Assembly (NCBI GenBank): GCA_951406725.2
Contig: OX597827.1
Location: 17,484,001-17,548,000, forward strand
DNA from: Octopus vulgaris
Lineage: Eukaryota
Direction of reading: 5' to 3'
Length of the DNA: 64,000 nt
Shown piece after piece: positions 1-14,120 of this stretch (the stretch's first letter is position 1; each line of letters starts with the position of its first letter). A program made the translations under genes and the position numbers. The notes beneath the pieces are model-generated. The model ran no database searches and was not told the DNA's origin. It saw only the letters and a program-made list of their open reading frames with translations.

Positions 1-559
1 ATAGTTTTTATTCGAAAATATTTATTTGTCATTGCTTTCGTTATTTTATCATCACAAGCATATATTTTATTTTTATCCCTACATATTATTAATTTTATAT
101 GAATATTTACAGACATAAGTTACGTGGGAAATTTTAAATTTTTATTCGTATTTAAAAAATGTTTATTCTTAATTTTTATTCGTATTTTTTTTATTTGTTA
201 TTTTTTATTTGAATTAAATTATGGCTTGCACAGTAAGGTCCGACGAACCTATTTACACATACACATACTTATATGTTAAAATTAAAATATAGTATTTGGT
301 ATCGAACTATGATAAAGTTATTTAGAGGCCTGATGATTGGGATTACATTTTAAGAAAGGTTCCTGTAAAACACTGCGTGCTTAAGGAAACATAAAAGAAC
401 CTCAAGAAACACGGGTAGCAGAGAAATGAGAAGTAAGTATTAAATTAAATTAAAATTCTTTAAATATGGTGGGATGAAATAAAAAATATATACATATATA
501 TACATATATACATATACATATATATAAGTGTGTGTGTGTGTGTCCATGTGCATACACAC

Positions 560-635
<76 letters not shown>

Positions 636-886
636 GCGTGTGTATAAATATATTTTATAATTATAAATATAATTATAATTAGTCTAGCAAAATTGCTTCA
701 CCACATACCGAAATTTAGAAAGAGCATTTAAATACATTTCTACTATTCTACAAGAGGCATATAAGTATATTAATGCGTGCATATATGTGTGTATGTGTAT
801 ATATGCATATACATGTGTCTGCTTGTGTGTGTGTGTTTTTTCACACATGCTTTTGCGCTTTTGTATAAACTTTTATTTTATTTTAT

Positions 887-1233
887 TCTTTTACTTGTTT
901 CAGTTATGTGACTGTGGCCATGCTGGAGCACCGCCTTTACTCGAGCAAATCGACCCCAGGAATTATTCGTTGTAGGCCTAGTACTTATTCTATCGGTCTC
1001 TTTTGCCGAACCGCATAGTTACAGGGACGTAAACACACCAGCATAGGTTGTCAAGTGATGTTGGGGAGACAAAAACAGGCACACAAACATATACACACAG
1101 ACATATATAAATACATATATACGACGGAGCTTCTTTCAGTTTCCGTCTACCAAATCCACTCACAAGACTTTAGTCGGCCCGAGGCTATAGTAGAAGACAC
1201 GCAATGGAACTGAATCCGGAACAATGTGGTTCG
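887..1233 (-). mobile_element. tRNA-derived SINE, family A (head partly deleted)
   Basis: Shares body and tail (ggtgctccagcatggcc..cagtca..actgaaacaagtaaaaga) with the copies at 23343, 32931, 41078, 56370, 57046 and 62112. Confidence 0.8.
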
Positions 1234-1485
1234 TATATTTTTTTTATATATTTTCTCTTTTCTTTCTATATTCTTTTGTATATATATTCGCAAGAAAAAA
1301 TATTTTGCTATTAAAGTAACCAGTAAAACATACATTTTCCAGTTTGAAAACGGCTCATATCAGAGTAACACACTGTAAACATTTTTAGTAAGATTAAAAT
1401 AAAAATGATCCCCTCAAAAGAAGCCATCTCTACTTATTCTTTCAAATATATATAGTATACTGAACAAAGAGCTTTCTCTTTATTA

Positions 1486-1531
<46 letters not shown>

Positions 1532-2050
1532 CACACATAACCAACACATGCATAGTGCATATATGTTAAAGCTACGTCAGAAAAAGGATTACTTTTCTAT
1601 TTCACTTGCCTTTACCACCGCTCGCGTATGTTAACTTCATGTAATATTAAGTTTTCCGAAAGGAAGGCTCTTAGTGTTCATTCGCTCCGCAAAAAATAAC
1701 AGCCAAATTTCTCACAAAACCGCACGCTGTTGTCTTAGATTATAAAAGAACATAGATCAGAAATAGATTATATGCATTTACGTATGTTTGTGTGTACGTA
1801 TACATGTATGTTTGTATGGATGTATGTATGTATGTATGTATGTATGTACGTATGTCTGTATGTATGTATGTATGTATGTATGAACGTAGGTCTGCATATA
1901 TGAATTCGTATCTATCTATCTATTTGTCTGTCTGCCTGTCTATTTCTCTTTATATATCTATCTTTCTATTATCTAGCTCTCAATCTCTCTTTTGTATGCA
2001 TGTATGTATATACAATATCTAAGTATGTATGCATATAGGTATCTATGTAA

Positions 2051-2096
<46 letters not shown>

Positions 2097-2900
2097 GCAT
2101 AAATAGGTATCTATTTATAGATGAATCTATGTATCTATCTAGCAGTATGTGTGTGTGCGTGTGTTTATTTGTGCATGTGTGTGCAAGTGAATCATAGATA
2201 GACTATATATGCACAAACAGTTCGTCTTGCTAATATTGTTTTATCATCATCATGATCATCATGATCATCATGATCATGATCATCATCATCATCATCATCA
2301 TCATCAATACAGAAAAAAATTAAGAAAACGCCCGAAGAAAACACAAAGTTCTTTCATATTATTTACTTTTATGTAACTTTGAATTTATCTTGTAAATGCT
2401 TAAAAGTTATTAAATACTTCAAAGCTATTTATTTCAATATATCTTACAAAAGTATTTACCGAACACTTTTTTCATTTCTCTTTCATATTATATATGTATA
2501 TAAAGTTGATTTAGAAAAGGGACACATCAGGTTGTTTTTCAGATATTGTTCCACGTATTTTATAAAAAAAACTAATGCGCGTAGATATATTTAGATTAAA
2601 ATACTTTTATATATATTATGGCAATTATATTGGTGTATTTTTTAATTCTTTTTATCTCTGTTTTCGTTTTTAATTATTGACGCTCAAGCTTGAAAACATA
2701 AATATATTTAAATCCAGTCTTTTGTTGGATCTATGAATCTTCATATATCAAAAATTACACTGTAGAAGTTCTTACTGACAAACAAAGGATTTTTATAATA
2801 TTATTATGGGTAACAATCGAAAGAATTACATGTAATTTGTGTTTAATATTTATTATTTATTATATTATATTATTATGAGAATATAATATAGTGTTATATA

Positions 2901-3086
2901 GGGTGAGTTTACGAGAAAAACAAAAGACGAAGACAGGAGGTGTGCGAAACAAACAGATGTATTAGTATAACGCTCAGTAATAGGAAAAATATTTTACGTT
3001 TCGAGCCTACGCTCTTCTACAGAAAGGTACACAGAAAAAAACAAGGAGAGAAAAAAATGTGTGTAGTGGCTAACGATCTATCATGG
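2901..3086 (-). mobile_element. Short dispersed repeat, probably Penelope-like pLTR fragment with variant hammerhead-like core
   Basis: Recurs at about 12536, 23895, 32695, 41655 and 57614, next to (TA)n. Contains CTGTAGA-AGAGC-gtag-GCTC-GAAAC-GTA on the minus strand. Confidence 0.5.
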
Positions 3087-3192
3087 AGTCTATAATATAG
3101 TATTGTAGTTCTATATTTAAGAAATGAGGGATTATGTGAATTATTTACATTATTTAATTTGACGGATATTTGTCCTCATCTTGTTTGTAGTT

Positions 3193-3240
3193 AACGCAAC
3201 GTTTCGGCTGATGTACCCTCCAGCCTTCATCAGGTGTGTT
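3193..3240 (-). ncRNA. Minimal type I hammerhead ribozyme motif (Penelope-associated type)
   Basis: Minus strand reads acac-CTGATGA-a-ggctg..cagcc-GAAAC-GTT-gcgt: canonical core, 5-bp stem II, palindromic AACGTT stem III and one mismatch in stem I. Confidence 0.65.
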
Positions 3241-3377
3241 GGGGAAATTTCGAACCTGTGATACATGTGCCTCGTGTACCCTTATCAGACAGGGTAGTCA
3301 TGATGTGTAAATTGAGCTTCGTGTATTTGTACCCTAGCGTCATTTTGATGGCAAGCGATACTCTCTAACTCAATAAA

Positions 3378-3454
<77 letters not shown>

Positions 3455-3698
3455 GACTTTTGCTTTATATTTGTACAAGTTGGCTCCAAGTCTCACCCAG
3501 AGACCTCAAGAGACAACAGGGTTGGAAGTTCATGTTGTTGTTATGCTTAGTGTGCCATATATTTGGGGGGTGGGGATGTTGTACTAATGAATGTCTAAAA
3601 AAAAAAAAAAAGTTTTTTTTTTTTGTTTTTTTTTAAACCGAAAATTATGTTTGTTTTAAACCTTGAGATTACATAGAGAGTATTTTGCGTAGGATATG

Positions 3699-3760
<62 letters not shown>

Positions 3761-3771
3761 CATCATCATCA

Positions 3772-3836
<65 letters not shown>

Positions 3837-3842
3837 GTCATT

Positions 3843-4502
<660 letters not shown>

Positions 4503-5004
4503 GAGTGAGCGAGCAGAGCATGCCATCAAAGTGACACTGGGGTAAAATATACTAAGCCCAGTATACCCATCATGACTACCCGTCTGATAAGGGTACACCA
4601 GGCACATGCATCACAACCATATGTGCGCGACATGGTGATCTCATATCAAGATAAACAGCACATGACCTTGCAGGTGGGGCCCAGTTAGAATTTTCTTCAG
4701 ATCGAGTAACCCATCCCGCTCAAAAGGTCCCTGAATAAGGGTTGTTTAAGGATGTTGAACGAAACACCCATGTTTCCAGAGGTGAATTATTCAAACCCCA
4801 AAGAATCCTTCTCAACACATGGCTATGATGCTCCCCCACTACTTCTGCTCGTGATCAAAGATGCACATATCGTCAGCCACTAAGGAACATGCTCAACTGG
4901 TTAAGGTCAAACAACTGACAAGCAAATCTGTGGTATTGAGCAGAATATTTGCTGTAGCCCATCTTTTATACCAAGACAAAACAATGTACATGATAACACT
5001 TCCA

Positions 5005-5005
<1 letters not shown>
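4503..5005 (+). mobile_element. Family D repeat, tandem second copy in (ATT)n
   Basis: Direct repeat of 3843-4335, separated from it by (ATT)n. Confidence 0.75.
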
Positions 5006-5340
<335 letters not shown>

Positions 5341-5855
5341 GAGAAGAATGAGGAAAAGAAGAATAAAGTTGACAATGAAGAATTAAAAGTTGGTGATGAT
5401 GATGATGAGGAGGAGAAGGAGGAGTAGGAGGAAATGAGTGCGCTCTTCGCAATATGATTAATTTTCAGCAGAGTGATTATGAAGGGTTGTAAGGAGTTGT
5501 AAGGGACGGGTTATCATTGGCATGTAAGCACTGGAGTGTACAAGAAGTTAATGGACGATAATGAGGTGATAATGAGGTGATAAAGATGTGATAACGAGGA
5601 GGTAATGAGGCGAAACGGATACGTTAATTAATTTTGCCACAATCAATAAATACTATGTGGTTCACTTTGTTATTGCTGACCAATTTCCGTGTAGGGGTAC
5701 AAAACAACAAGGAAGAATAAAGGTTTCTTGACCAGTGCATGTATTACTCCAGTCTGGCCTATCCTTAATGCATCATGGCTGATGTCTCGTAGCGTGGTGC
5801 ATTTAGGGGTATTGTATGTCAAACATGCATGTATATATATGTGTGTTTAAATATA

Positions 5856-6706
5856 CGTTGTCTGATCAATAAGTATTCGGACTGTTACCATAGTAACGAG
5901 CTAAAGTGCGCTCTAATTTTTAAAATTTTAGCTTATTTCTACTGTCTACTACTTGAAGTGCTTGGAAGGAAGGTGTGTAGCGTGTGATCGTCGCACTGAT
6001 CACAACAGAGTAGGTTGAGTTGAGAAACTGCATCAAATTTTGCCAAAAGCTTGATGATATCTGCTCAGAGGCCTTCGCAAGGTTTTCAAAAAGTTTTCAT
6101 CGTTCTCACTGCAGTCAAGGAGATCTTGGGCAATAGAAACCCGAGGGCCTTTTGGGCCAGCTGAAAGCAGCATTGGCACAAATTTTACAGACACACGTCT
6201 CATACCCAAATCTTCAGTAATAATGGACTGCACTGAACCATAACTAATCTGCACATCCCCTGATAACTCACGAATGGTGATTCAACCATTTTCCCTCATA
6301 GTTGCACGCATATCAGTGATGTCTTTTTCTCAGTTCTACTGGTTGTGGGTCTTCTACTACGTTCGTGAATATCGACATTTTTTCGGCCCTTTTGGAAACG
6401 CCTGAACCAATCGTACACTTGAGTGCAGCTTATACGCTTCTCCAGTCGTACGCTTGCGTGCAGCTCATACGCTTCTCCACATACACTTTCTGCAACTTTG
6501 CGTAGGCCTCTGAGCGGTTATCACCTCGACAACTTTCTCTGTCCTGATCAATACGACGATCACACGCAACACACCTTACTTCCAAGCACTACTTTAAACG
6601 TCGGAAGTGAGCTAGAACGTCATAACTTAGTGCACATGCACAGTAGAGTTTCAGGTCAATATGTGCTGAGCGGCTTCACTCTGCGTGCATTAGCTTTGTT
6701 GCTATA
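5856..6706 (-). mobile_element. Internally deleted mariner (Tc1/mariner) transposon
   Basis: ORF 6033-6254 (ISYGSVQSIITEDLGMRRVSVKFVPMLLS..DENFLK) matches the mariner transposase HTH-linker region (WVPHEL-type motif). TA lies at the left end, and there are inverted matches 5889-5912/6683-6706 and 5955-6010/6536-6592. Confidence 0.75.
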
Positions 6707-6927
6707 TATGTCTATGTGTACAGACAAACACACACACATATACATGCGTATATATATATATATATATATTGGCCGTGATCTAGTAATCTCAAGATTAATC
6801 GGCCGAAATTACTACGATGATCCGGTTCTTGACTGAAGACTGAGGGTTTCGAATGTCCTGTCCATGTTTATTGTATCGTCTTCTAAGAGTTATACGTTCT
6901 TGTCCATGTTGTATTTTTCTACATACC

Positions 6928-7018
<91 letters not shown>

Positions 7019-7363
7019 ATATATATATATATATACACACACACATATATATTTATATATACATATATATGTATATGTATATATATATAAAAAACATATA
7101 CACGCACTCATACACACATACAATCACACAAACACTCAAACTCGCACACAACACACACATGCATACACATTGCTTTTTCTTGATATCAAGACTTCTAGTG
7201 AAGGTGCTGAGGTACCACTACGATATGAGACGTACCATAGGGATTTAAACTTGACGGAGATCATCCATCTCCAGATCTGGTGACAGCCTATCTGTTCTTC
7301 TTTTCCTCTTTTTATTCTTTTTCTTTTCTTCTTCTTCTTCTTCTTGTTCTTCTTCTTCTTCTT

Positions 7364-7399
<36 letters not shown>

Positions 7400-7458
7400 G
7401 AGAGAAAGTTGGGGAGAGTATTAGAAAGAAAAGTTGTTGTTGTTGTTGTTGTTGTTGT

Positions 7459-7760
7459 TTGTTCCTTCTCGAGTCATGCCTGGTTCATAAGGGCCGGTTT
7501 CCCGGTTTCCTTGGCGTATAGGGCCCCCACCTGGACGGGACGCCGGTCTGTCGCAGGTGAGCTGCAAGATGCAGGAGGAAAGAGTGAGAGAAAGTTGTGG
7601 CGAAAAAGTCAGCAGAAGTTTCGCCATTACCTTCTGCCGGAGCCGCGTGGAGCTTAGTTGTTTCGCTCTAAAACACATACATCACCCGGTCTGAGATTCG
7701 AACCCACGATCCCTCGACTGCGAATCCGCTGCTCTAACCACTAGGCCATATTCCTCCACT
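7459..7760 (-). mobile_element. tRNA-derived SINE, family B-type head
   Basis: Minus strand begins ggaggaatatggcctagtggttagagcagcggattcgc..ggttcgaatc (A and B boxes) and has a (CAA)n tail. Confidence 0.75.
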
Positions 7761-8084
7761 AGAAAGAAAAGTGGAGAGCAATAGTTTATGTCCATGCACA
7801 GGATTGGTGCTTTAGTGATCTACCCGAAGTTTCTGTGTAGCCACGTTTTCAGTTATCGTAGGTATTCTAACTCATAATTTTCAACCACTACCAACGGCGG
7901 GCCGTTTGGCATTTGAGTGTATTCTTTGACGATCACTGCTTTCATTTCATTTACCGCTCTCGATTTTTGCAGGGTAAGCCAATAGTTGTTAAAGAAATGA
8001 AAACAGATATCGAATAGGAATGAAGCCAAATACAAATTGGGAGAATACGTGTTATTTGCGATTCCTCTTTTGAGCAGTGTGATG

Positions 8085-8160
<76 letters not shown>

Positions 8161-8791
8161 TGATGATGATTTCAAATTTTTGCCACAAGAGCTGATTGGG
8201 CGACGGGTTTAACTTGATTACATCGACGCTGGTTCGTAACGGTGCTTATTGAATAAGTACCCCGAAAGGATGGAAAGCAAGGTCGACTTCGGCGGAATTT
8301 GAACTCAGAATATGCAGGCGGACAAAATATCGCTAAGCATTTTGTCCGGTATGCTAACAATCCTACAAATTTGCTGTCTTAATGAAGCTTAAATATATCC
8401 TAATATATAAACTGGTACTTTGACATTTACTAGGGCAATCAACGGAACAGCCTGCTCGATAAAAAATTAACGTGCAACTGGCTGATAATTCTACAGATAC
8501 GCGTTCCATTCACATAGTTCCCAGGGAGATTCAGCATGACACTGACATACTGACAAGGCTGGCCCTTTGAAATACAGATACGACTCGATTTTACCAGCTG
8601 AGTGGTCTGAAGCAACGTGAAATAGAATGTCTTACGCAAGGATACAACGCGCTGTTGGGAGTCGAACTCGTGAATCGGCTACTCTAACCACAAAGCCACG
8701 CGCCTTCACTGTATTGTCTACGCTATTCATATACATACCACCAGCCTCTCCTAGTCATTTCTTTCAGGTCATTTCATTTTAAGGTGTCCTT

Positions 8792-8851
<60 letters not shown>

Positions 8852-9224
8852 TGTGTGTGTGTGCGTTAGCGTGTGTGTGTGCGTTAGCGTGTGTGTGTGT
8901 GTGTGTGCTTTAAAAATGTATTTTTCTTTATTTCAATAATTTGCAGGCGAGAAACTGAGTCGATATCATCGACCACAAAATTTGATTTTCTTTATTTTAT
9001 CGAACCAGAAATATTGAAAGAAATTTGCGTAGGCCTCTGAGCAGTTATCACCTTGACAACTTTCTCTGTCCTGGTCAATACGACGATCACACGCTACACA
9101 CCTTCCTTCCAAGTACCGCTTTAAACGGCAGCAATTTGAACTCAATTTGAACTCGGTGCAATTTGAACTCAAAATCTAAGGATTCGGAATAAATATCCTG
9201 AAGCAATTTTACGACGCTCTAGTG

Positions 9225-9443
9225 CAGTGCTTTTCAAAATTTTGCTGGAGCGGAAACCCCAAGGAAACATTCCACTGGCTCGAGGAACCCCTGTGTAATA
9301 ATTTAATTGTCTTATGCAAATATATCTGCACAGGAGAATTAAAAATTACTGCCGATTTTAGCAGTTTTGTAACTTCTTGCGGAACCCCTGGACAGTACTG
9401 GCGGAACCCTAATGTTCAGCGGAACCCTGGTTGAAAACCACTG
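9225..9443. mobile_element. hAT (Charlie-like) MITE
   Basis: TIRs cagtgcttttcaa/ttgaaaaccactg and a perfect 8-bp TSD ctctagtg (9217-9224, 9444-9451). Confidence 0.85.
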
Positions 9444-9853
9444 CTCTAGTGACTCATTGTGCTTCCTGTCTTCATATACTAGCACTTTGCATGGTGGATT
9501 GTATCATTCATATCGACTTTTCTCCTAACACAGCCATTATCCAATATTTGAAACCGTATTAAAAATAATAGAAAAATCATAACTAAATAATACTTCCAGA
9601 TGTTGACACAAGACCAGCAACTTCGGAATAGGAGATAAGTTGATTACATCGACAATAGTACTCAACTGGTTCTTATCTTATTAACCCCGAAAATATGAAA
9701 AGTAAAGTCAACCTTGGCGGAATATGAATTCAGAATAGAGCGACGGCGAAATGGCGCTAAACACTTTACCCTGCGCAAAAACGATTCTGTCAACTCGCCG
9801 CCTTATAAATTATAGTAGAATAATAAAAACAAAGACCATATTTGTTTAACGGC

Positions 9854-9859
9854 TTTATT
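9854..9859 (-). terminator. Polyadenylation signal for terminal exon A
   Basis: AATAAA about 140 nt after the stop, followed by a GT/T-rich tract. Conserved at 11018-11023 and 30902-30907. Confidence 0.6.
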
Positions 9860-9999
9860 TCATTCCGTGTCTACCTTTTCTTTAAAGATATGCATGTTTA
9901 TTGATTTTCTTTATATCTTCTTTGTATTCCAATCACCAGATGAGAGCCACTGTAGAAACACAGTAGTCTGCGTTAAAGAGAGGTCACTTCATGTAACGT

Positions 10000-10301
10000 T
10001 CAGGAAAAATGGCGATCCAAGCTACCACCTAGGAAAGGATTATGGAAGTTGCTGCCCAACGTTCCTCCATTGGCTTGGGCCAAAGCGATTCTGTGCGACT
10101 TCACACCTTCTCCCAGCATTTTATAGGAATTCGCCATCATCATGTACGCTTTGAATTGATTGTACATAGATTTAGTCAGCAGTTCTTCTAGCATTTTCTT
10201 CTTGTTGTCATTTTTCGAGTCGGATTTTCCGCCATGTCCGCGATCCATACCGCTACGCCAAAAAGAATCTGGTCCATCGTTGTTCCATCTTTTGTCACCG
10301 T
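10000..10301 (-). CDS. Terminal coding exon A of unit-1 secreted prepropeptide-like gene
   Basis: Acceptor tttaacAG at 10302-10303. The 302 nt give (D)GDKRWNNDGPDSFWRSGMDRGHGGK..MLEELLTKSMYNQFKAYMMMANSY..SLDRHFS*, and the phase matches the donor at 19058. Confidence 0.82.
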
Positions 10302-10457
10302 CTGTTAAATTTTATTGAAAAATACAATAATAATAATAATAATAATAATTATAATAATAATAATAATAATAATGACAATAATAACAATAATAATAATAAC
10401 AATAATAATAATAATAATAATAATATTGATGATGATCATGATGATCATGATAATAAA

Positions 10458-10493
<36 letters not shown>

Positions 10494-10733
10494 GATTTCA
10501 AATTTTGGCCACAAGGGCTGATTGGTGGAAGGGATTAACTTGATTACATCGATGCTGGTTCGTTACGGTGCTTATTGAATAAGTACCCCGAAAGGATGGA
10601 AAGCAAGGTCGACTTCGGCGGAATTTGAACTCAGAATATGCAGGCGGACAAAATATCGCTAAGCATTTTGCCCGGTATGCTAACGATCCTATCAATTTGC
10701 TGTCTTAATAACAATAACAACAACAACAACAAC

Positions 10734-10781
<48 letters not shown>

Positions 10782-11150
10782 CCTTTTTACTAAAAGCACA
10801 ATTTCTGAAATTTGGTAGAAGAGTCTATTATATTGACCCCAGCGTTTCACTAGTATTTAATTTTTCGACCCTGAAAAGGTGTAAGGCAAAATCGACTTTG
10901 GTGTAATTTGAACTCAGAAAGTAGCGACGGGCGAAATGCCGGGAAATATTCTACCGACTCACCACCTTATAAATTAAATTTAAATAATAAAAACAAAGAG
11001 CATGAATATTTAACGGTTTTATTTCATTCCGTTTCTACTTTTACTTTATAGATATGTATGTTTATTGATTTTCTTTACATCTTCCTTATATCCCAATCGA
11101 CTACTAAAACACATTAGTCTGTGTCACAGGAATATGTCTTCATGTAACGT

Positions 11151-11452
11151 TTAGGAATAAAAGCGATCCATGCTACCACCTAGAAAAGAATTATGGAAGT
11201 TTCCGCCTAACGTTCCTCCATTGGCTTGGGCCAAAGCGATTCTCTGCAACTTCACACTTTCTCCCAGTATTTTATAGGAATTCGCCATCATCATGTACGC
11301 TTTGAATTGAGCGTACATAGATTTAGTCAGCAGTTCTTCTAGCATTTTCCTTTTATGGTAACTTTTAGATTCGGATTTTCTGCCGTGGTCACGGTCCATA
11401 TCACTATGCCAAAAAGAACCTGGTCCATCGTTGTTCCATCTTTTGTCACCAT
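11151..11452 (-). CDS. Terminal coding exon B (tandem paralog, likely alternative last exon) of unit-1 gene
   Basis: Acceptor tttaacAG at 11453-11454. The 302 nt are open: (D)GDKRWNNDGPGSFWHSDMDRDHGRK..SMDRFYS*. It has its own 3' UTR and AATAAA. Confidence 0.8.
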
Positions 11453-11461
11453 CTGTTAAAT

Positions 11462-11608
<147 letters not shown>

Positions 11609-12066
11609 GAGTGAGAGAGCAGTTCATGCCATCAAAGTGACACTGGGGTAAAATATACCAAGCCCAGTATACCCATCATGACTACCCGTCTGATAAGGGT
11701 ACACTAGGCACTTGCATCACAACCATATGTGCGCGACATGGTGCTCTCATATCAAGATAAACAGCACATGACCTTGCAGGTGGGGCCCAGTTAGAATTTT
11801 CTTCTGGTCAAGTAACCCATTCCGCTCAAAAGGTCCTTGAATAAGGGTGGTTTAAGGATGTTGAACGAAACACCCATGTTTCCAGAGATGAATTATTCAA
11901 ACCCCAAAGAACCCTTCTCAACACATGGCCATGATGCTCCCCCACTACTTCTGCTCGTGATCAGAGATGCACATATCATCAGCCACTAAGGGACATGTTC
12001 AACTGGTTAAGGCCAAACAACTGACAAGCAAATCTGTGGTATTGAGCAGAATATTTACTGTAGCCC
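11609..12066 (+). mobile_element. Family D repeat in intron, inverted relative to its unit-2 ortholog
   Basis: Shares variants (gcagttcatg, ataccaagccc, gatcagagatg) with 31762-32280, and the flanking microsatellite flips AAT to ATT to AAT. Confidence 0.75.
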
Positions 12067-12080
12067 TATTATCATTATAA

Positions 12081-12143
<63 letters not shown>

Positions 12144-12737
12144 CATTATTATTATTATTATTATTATTATATAATAATAATAATATAATGATAATAATAT
12201 TAAGGGTGAAAAATTGAATATTAATTTGATTAATATCAATTTAAAACCAGTGGTGTAGCATATAGAAAATTCTGAAGATTCACAAAAATTATATTACATA
12301 CATATAAGGGGAATGACCTGTAAGTGGACATCCATTACGCTAGAAGAAGATCTGCTTTGGCCTTACCACAAAGAAAGGAATGTTCTCAAGAAAATTTAGC
12401 AAATGCCTTCTAGCGTTTGGTATATTTTCTTGAGAACATTCTTTTCTTAGTGGTAAGACCATAGGGGGTCGACGGTCGACTTCTAGCATATGGATGTCCA
12501 TATAGTGGTCATCCCTCTTATATATATATGTATAGGGGGAATTCACGAAAAACAAAAGACGAAGACAGGTGTTTTAGAAAACAAATAGATGTATTAGTAT
12601 AACGCTCAGGAATTGAAAAAAGTCTTTAACGTTTCGAGCCTACGCTCTCCCACAGAAAGAAACAATGAGAGAAACAAAGAGACAAAAAATGTGGGTAGTG
12701 GCTACCGATCTATCATGGCGAATATATATACATACAT

Positions 12738-12802
<65 letters not shown>

Positions 12803-13336
12803 TGGTTCAAAGGTACAGAACACAAAAGACAAAGACAGGTGAGGGAACAATAAGTAGCTAAATCAGTTTGACTGAAGCGAGAAATGGAAAGGTCTTTGAC
12901 TCTTCGACGCTGCGCTCTTCAGCAGAAAGCGACGAGGGGAAATAGAGAGAAAAAAAACAGCGCAGGGAGAAAAAATGCGTCGGGCTTAATGGTTAGGCAT
13001 GCTGGAAAACAAAAGAGAGAAAATAGCAAATTTATTAACTTATGAAATGTATACGAAGTTTGAAAGTTCGAAAAGTTCAGAGGGTACAAGAAGTCGTGGT
13101 AGATTTGTATATTTATCAACAACAATATATATATATGTAGATATATGTGAGTGTGTGTGCGTGTATACATATATATGTTTATATACATACATATATATAC
13201 ATATATACGTATGTGCATATATATATATATATATAAAACTATATATATATATGTTTATATGTATATATATGTATATATATATATATATATGTATATTCTA
13301 TATATATATATTATAAAATATATTTGCATATACATA

Positions 13337-13423
<87 letters not shown>

Positions 13424-13461
13424 GATCAAAATAAAAATAAAAACATGATGCGAAGGATTCA

Positions 13462-13539
13462 GCGGTACATATGTTTCGGGCCTTTATTAGACAGATTTAT
13501 AACAAAGCATAATGTATGTCTGTGGCCTTCTTCAGCCGC
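13462..13539 (-). ncRNA. Hammerhead ribozyme motif, left-arm copy (sense to host intron)
   Basis: Mirror image of 13830-13907. Confidence 0.7.
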
Positions 13540-13829
13540 GCACAACAGCTTCCACAAGGACATGTGTTACATCAAAAATTCTTGGTTGGGGATGCAAATC
13601 CTCTCGTTCACGTACGACATAATGCGGCAGCAGCATAGAATTGAAGCGTCCATCTCTTTCTTCTCTCAATGTAGAATGAGAGAAGAAAGAGATTCTACAT
13701 TGAGAGAAGAAAGAGATGGACGCTTCAATTCTATGCTGCTGCCGCATTATGTCGTACGTGAACGAGAGGATTTGCATCCCCAACCAAGAATTTTTGATGT
13801 AACACATGTCCTTGTGGAAGCTGTTGTGC

Positions 13830-13907
13830 GCGGCTGAAGAAGGCCACAGACATACATTATGCTTTGTTATAAATCTGTCTAATAAAGGCCCGAAACATAT
13901 GTACCGC
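13830..13907 (+). ncRNA. Type I hammerhead ribozyme motif
   Basis: gcgg-CTGAAGA-a-ggcc..ggcc-c-GAAAC-atat-GTA-ccgc: stem I gcgg/ccgc, palindromic ACATATGT stem III and a GUA cleavage triplet. Confidence 0.7.
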
Positions 13908-14030
13908 TGAATCCTTCGCATCATGTTTTTATTTTTATTTTGATCAATTTACTCCACCACCTACACCACCAACCGGTATACACAGGTGCTTATAATTATC
14001 AAGTACTCACCCCGAATTTCTATACTCAAC

Positions 14031-14068
<38 letters not shown>

Positions 14069-14120
14069 CATACATACATACATAATGTTCGTCCTTCGGT
14101 TCGAAGATGACCAACTGACA

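Larger units (their letters stand above)
13420..14030. mobile_element. Fold-back (Penelope-like inverted pLTR) element with 258-bp inverted arms
   Basis: 13420-13677 is the reverse complement of 13692-13949, and the ORF track gives identical peptides on both strands. Inserted in (TA)n and absent from unit 2. Confidence 0.8.

Noticed and set aside
7853-7973. Plus-strand exon-like segment (ttttcAG..GTAAGC)
   Set aside because: All three frames contain stops and no partner exons were found. A non-coding exon cannot be excluded.
13151-13924. 228-aa and 130-aa ORFs sharing an identical peptide
   Set aside because: A consequence of the palindrome plus (TA)n, not protein genes.
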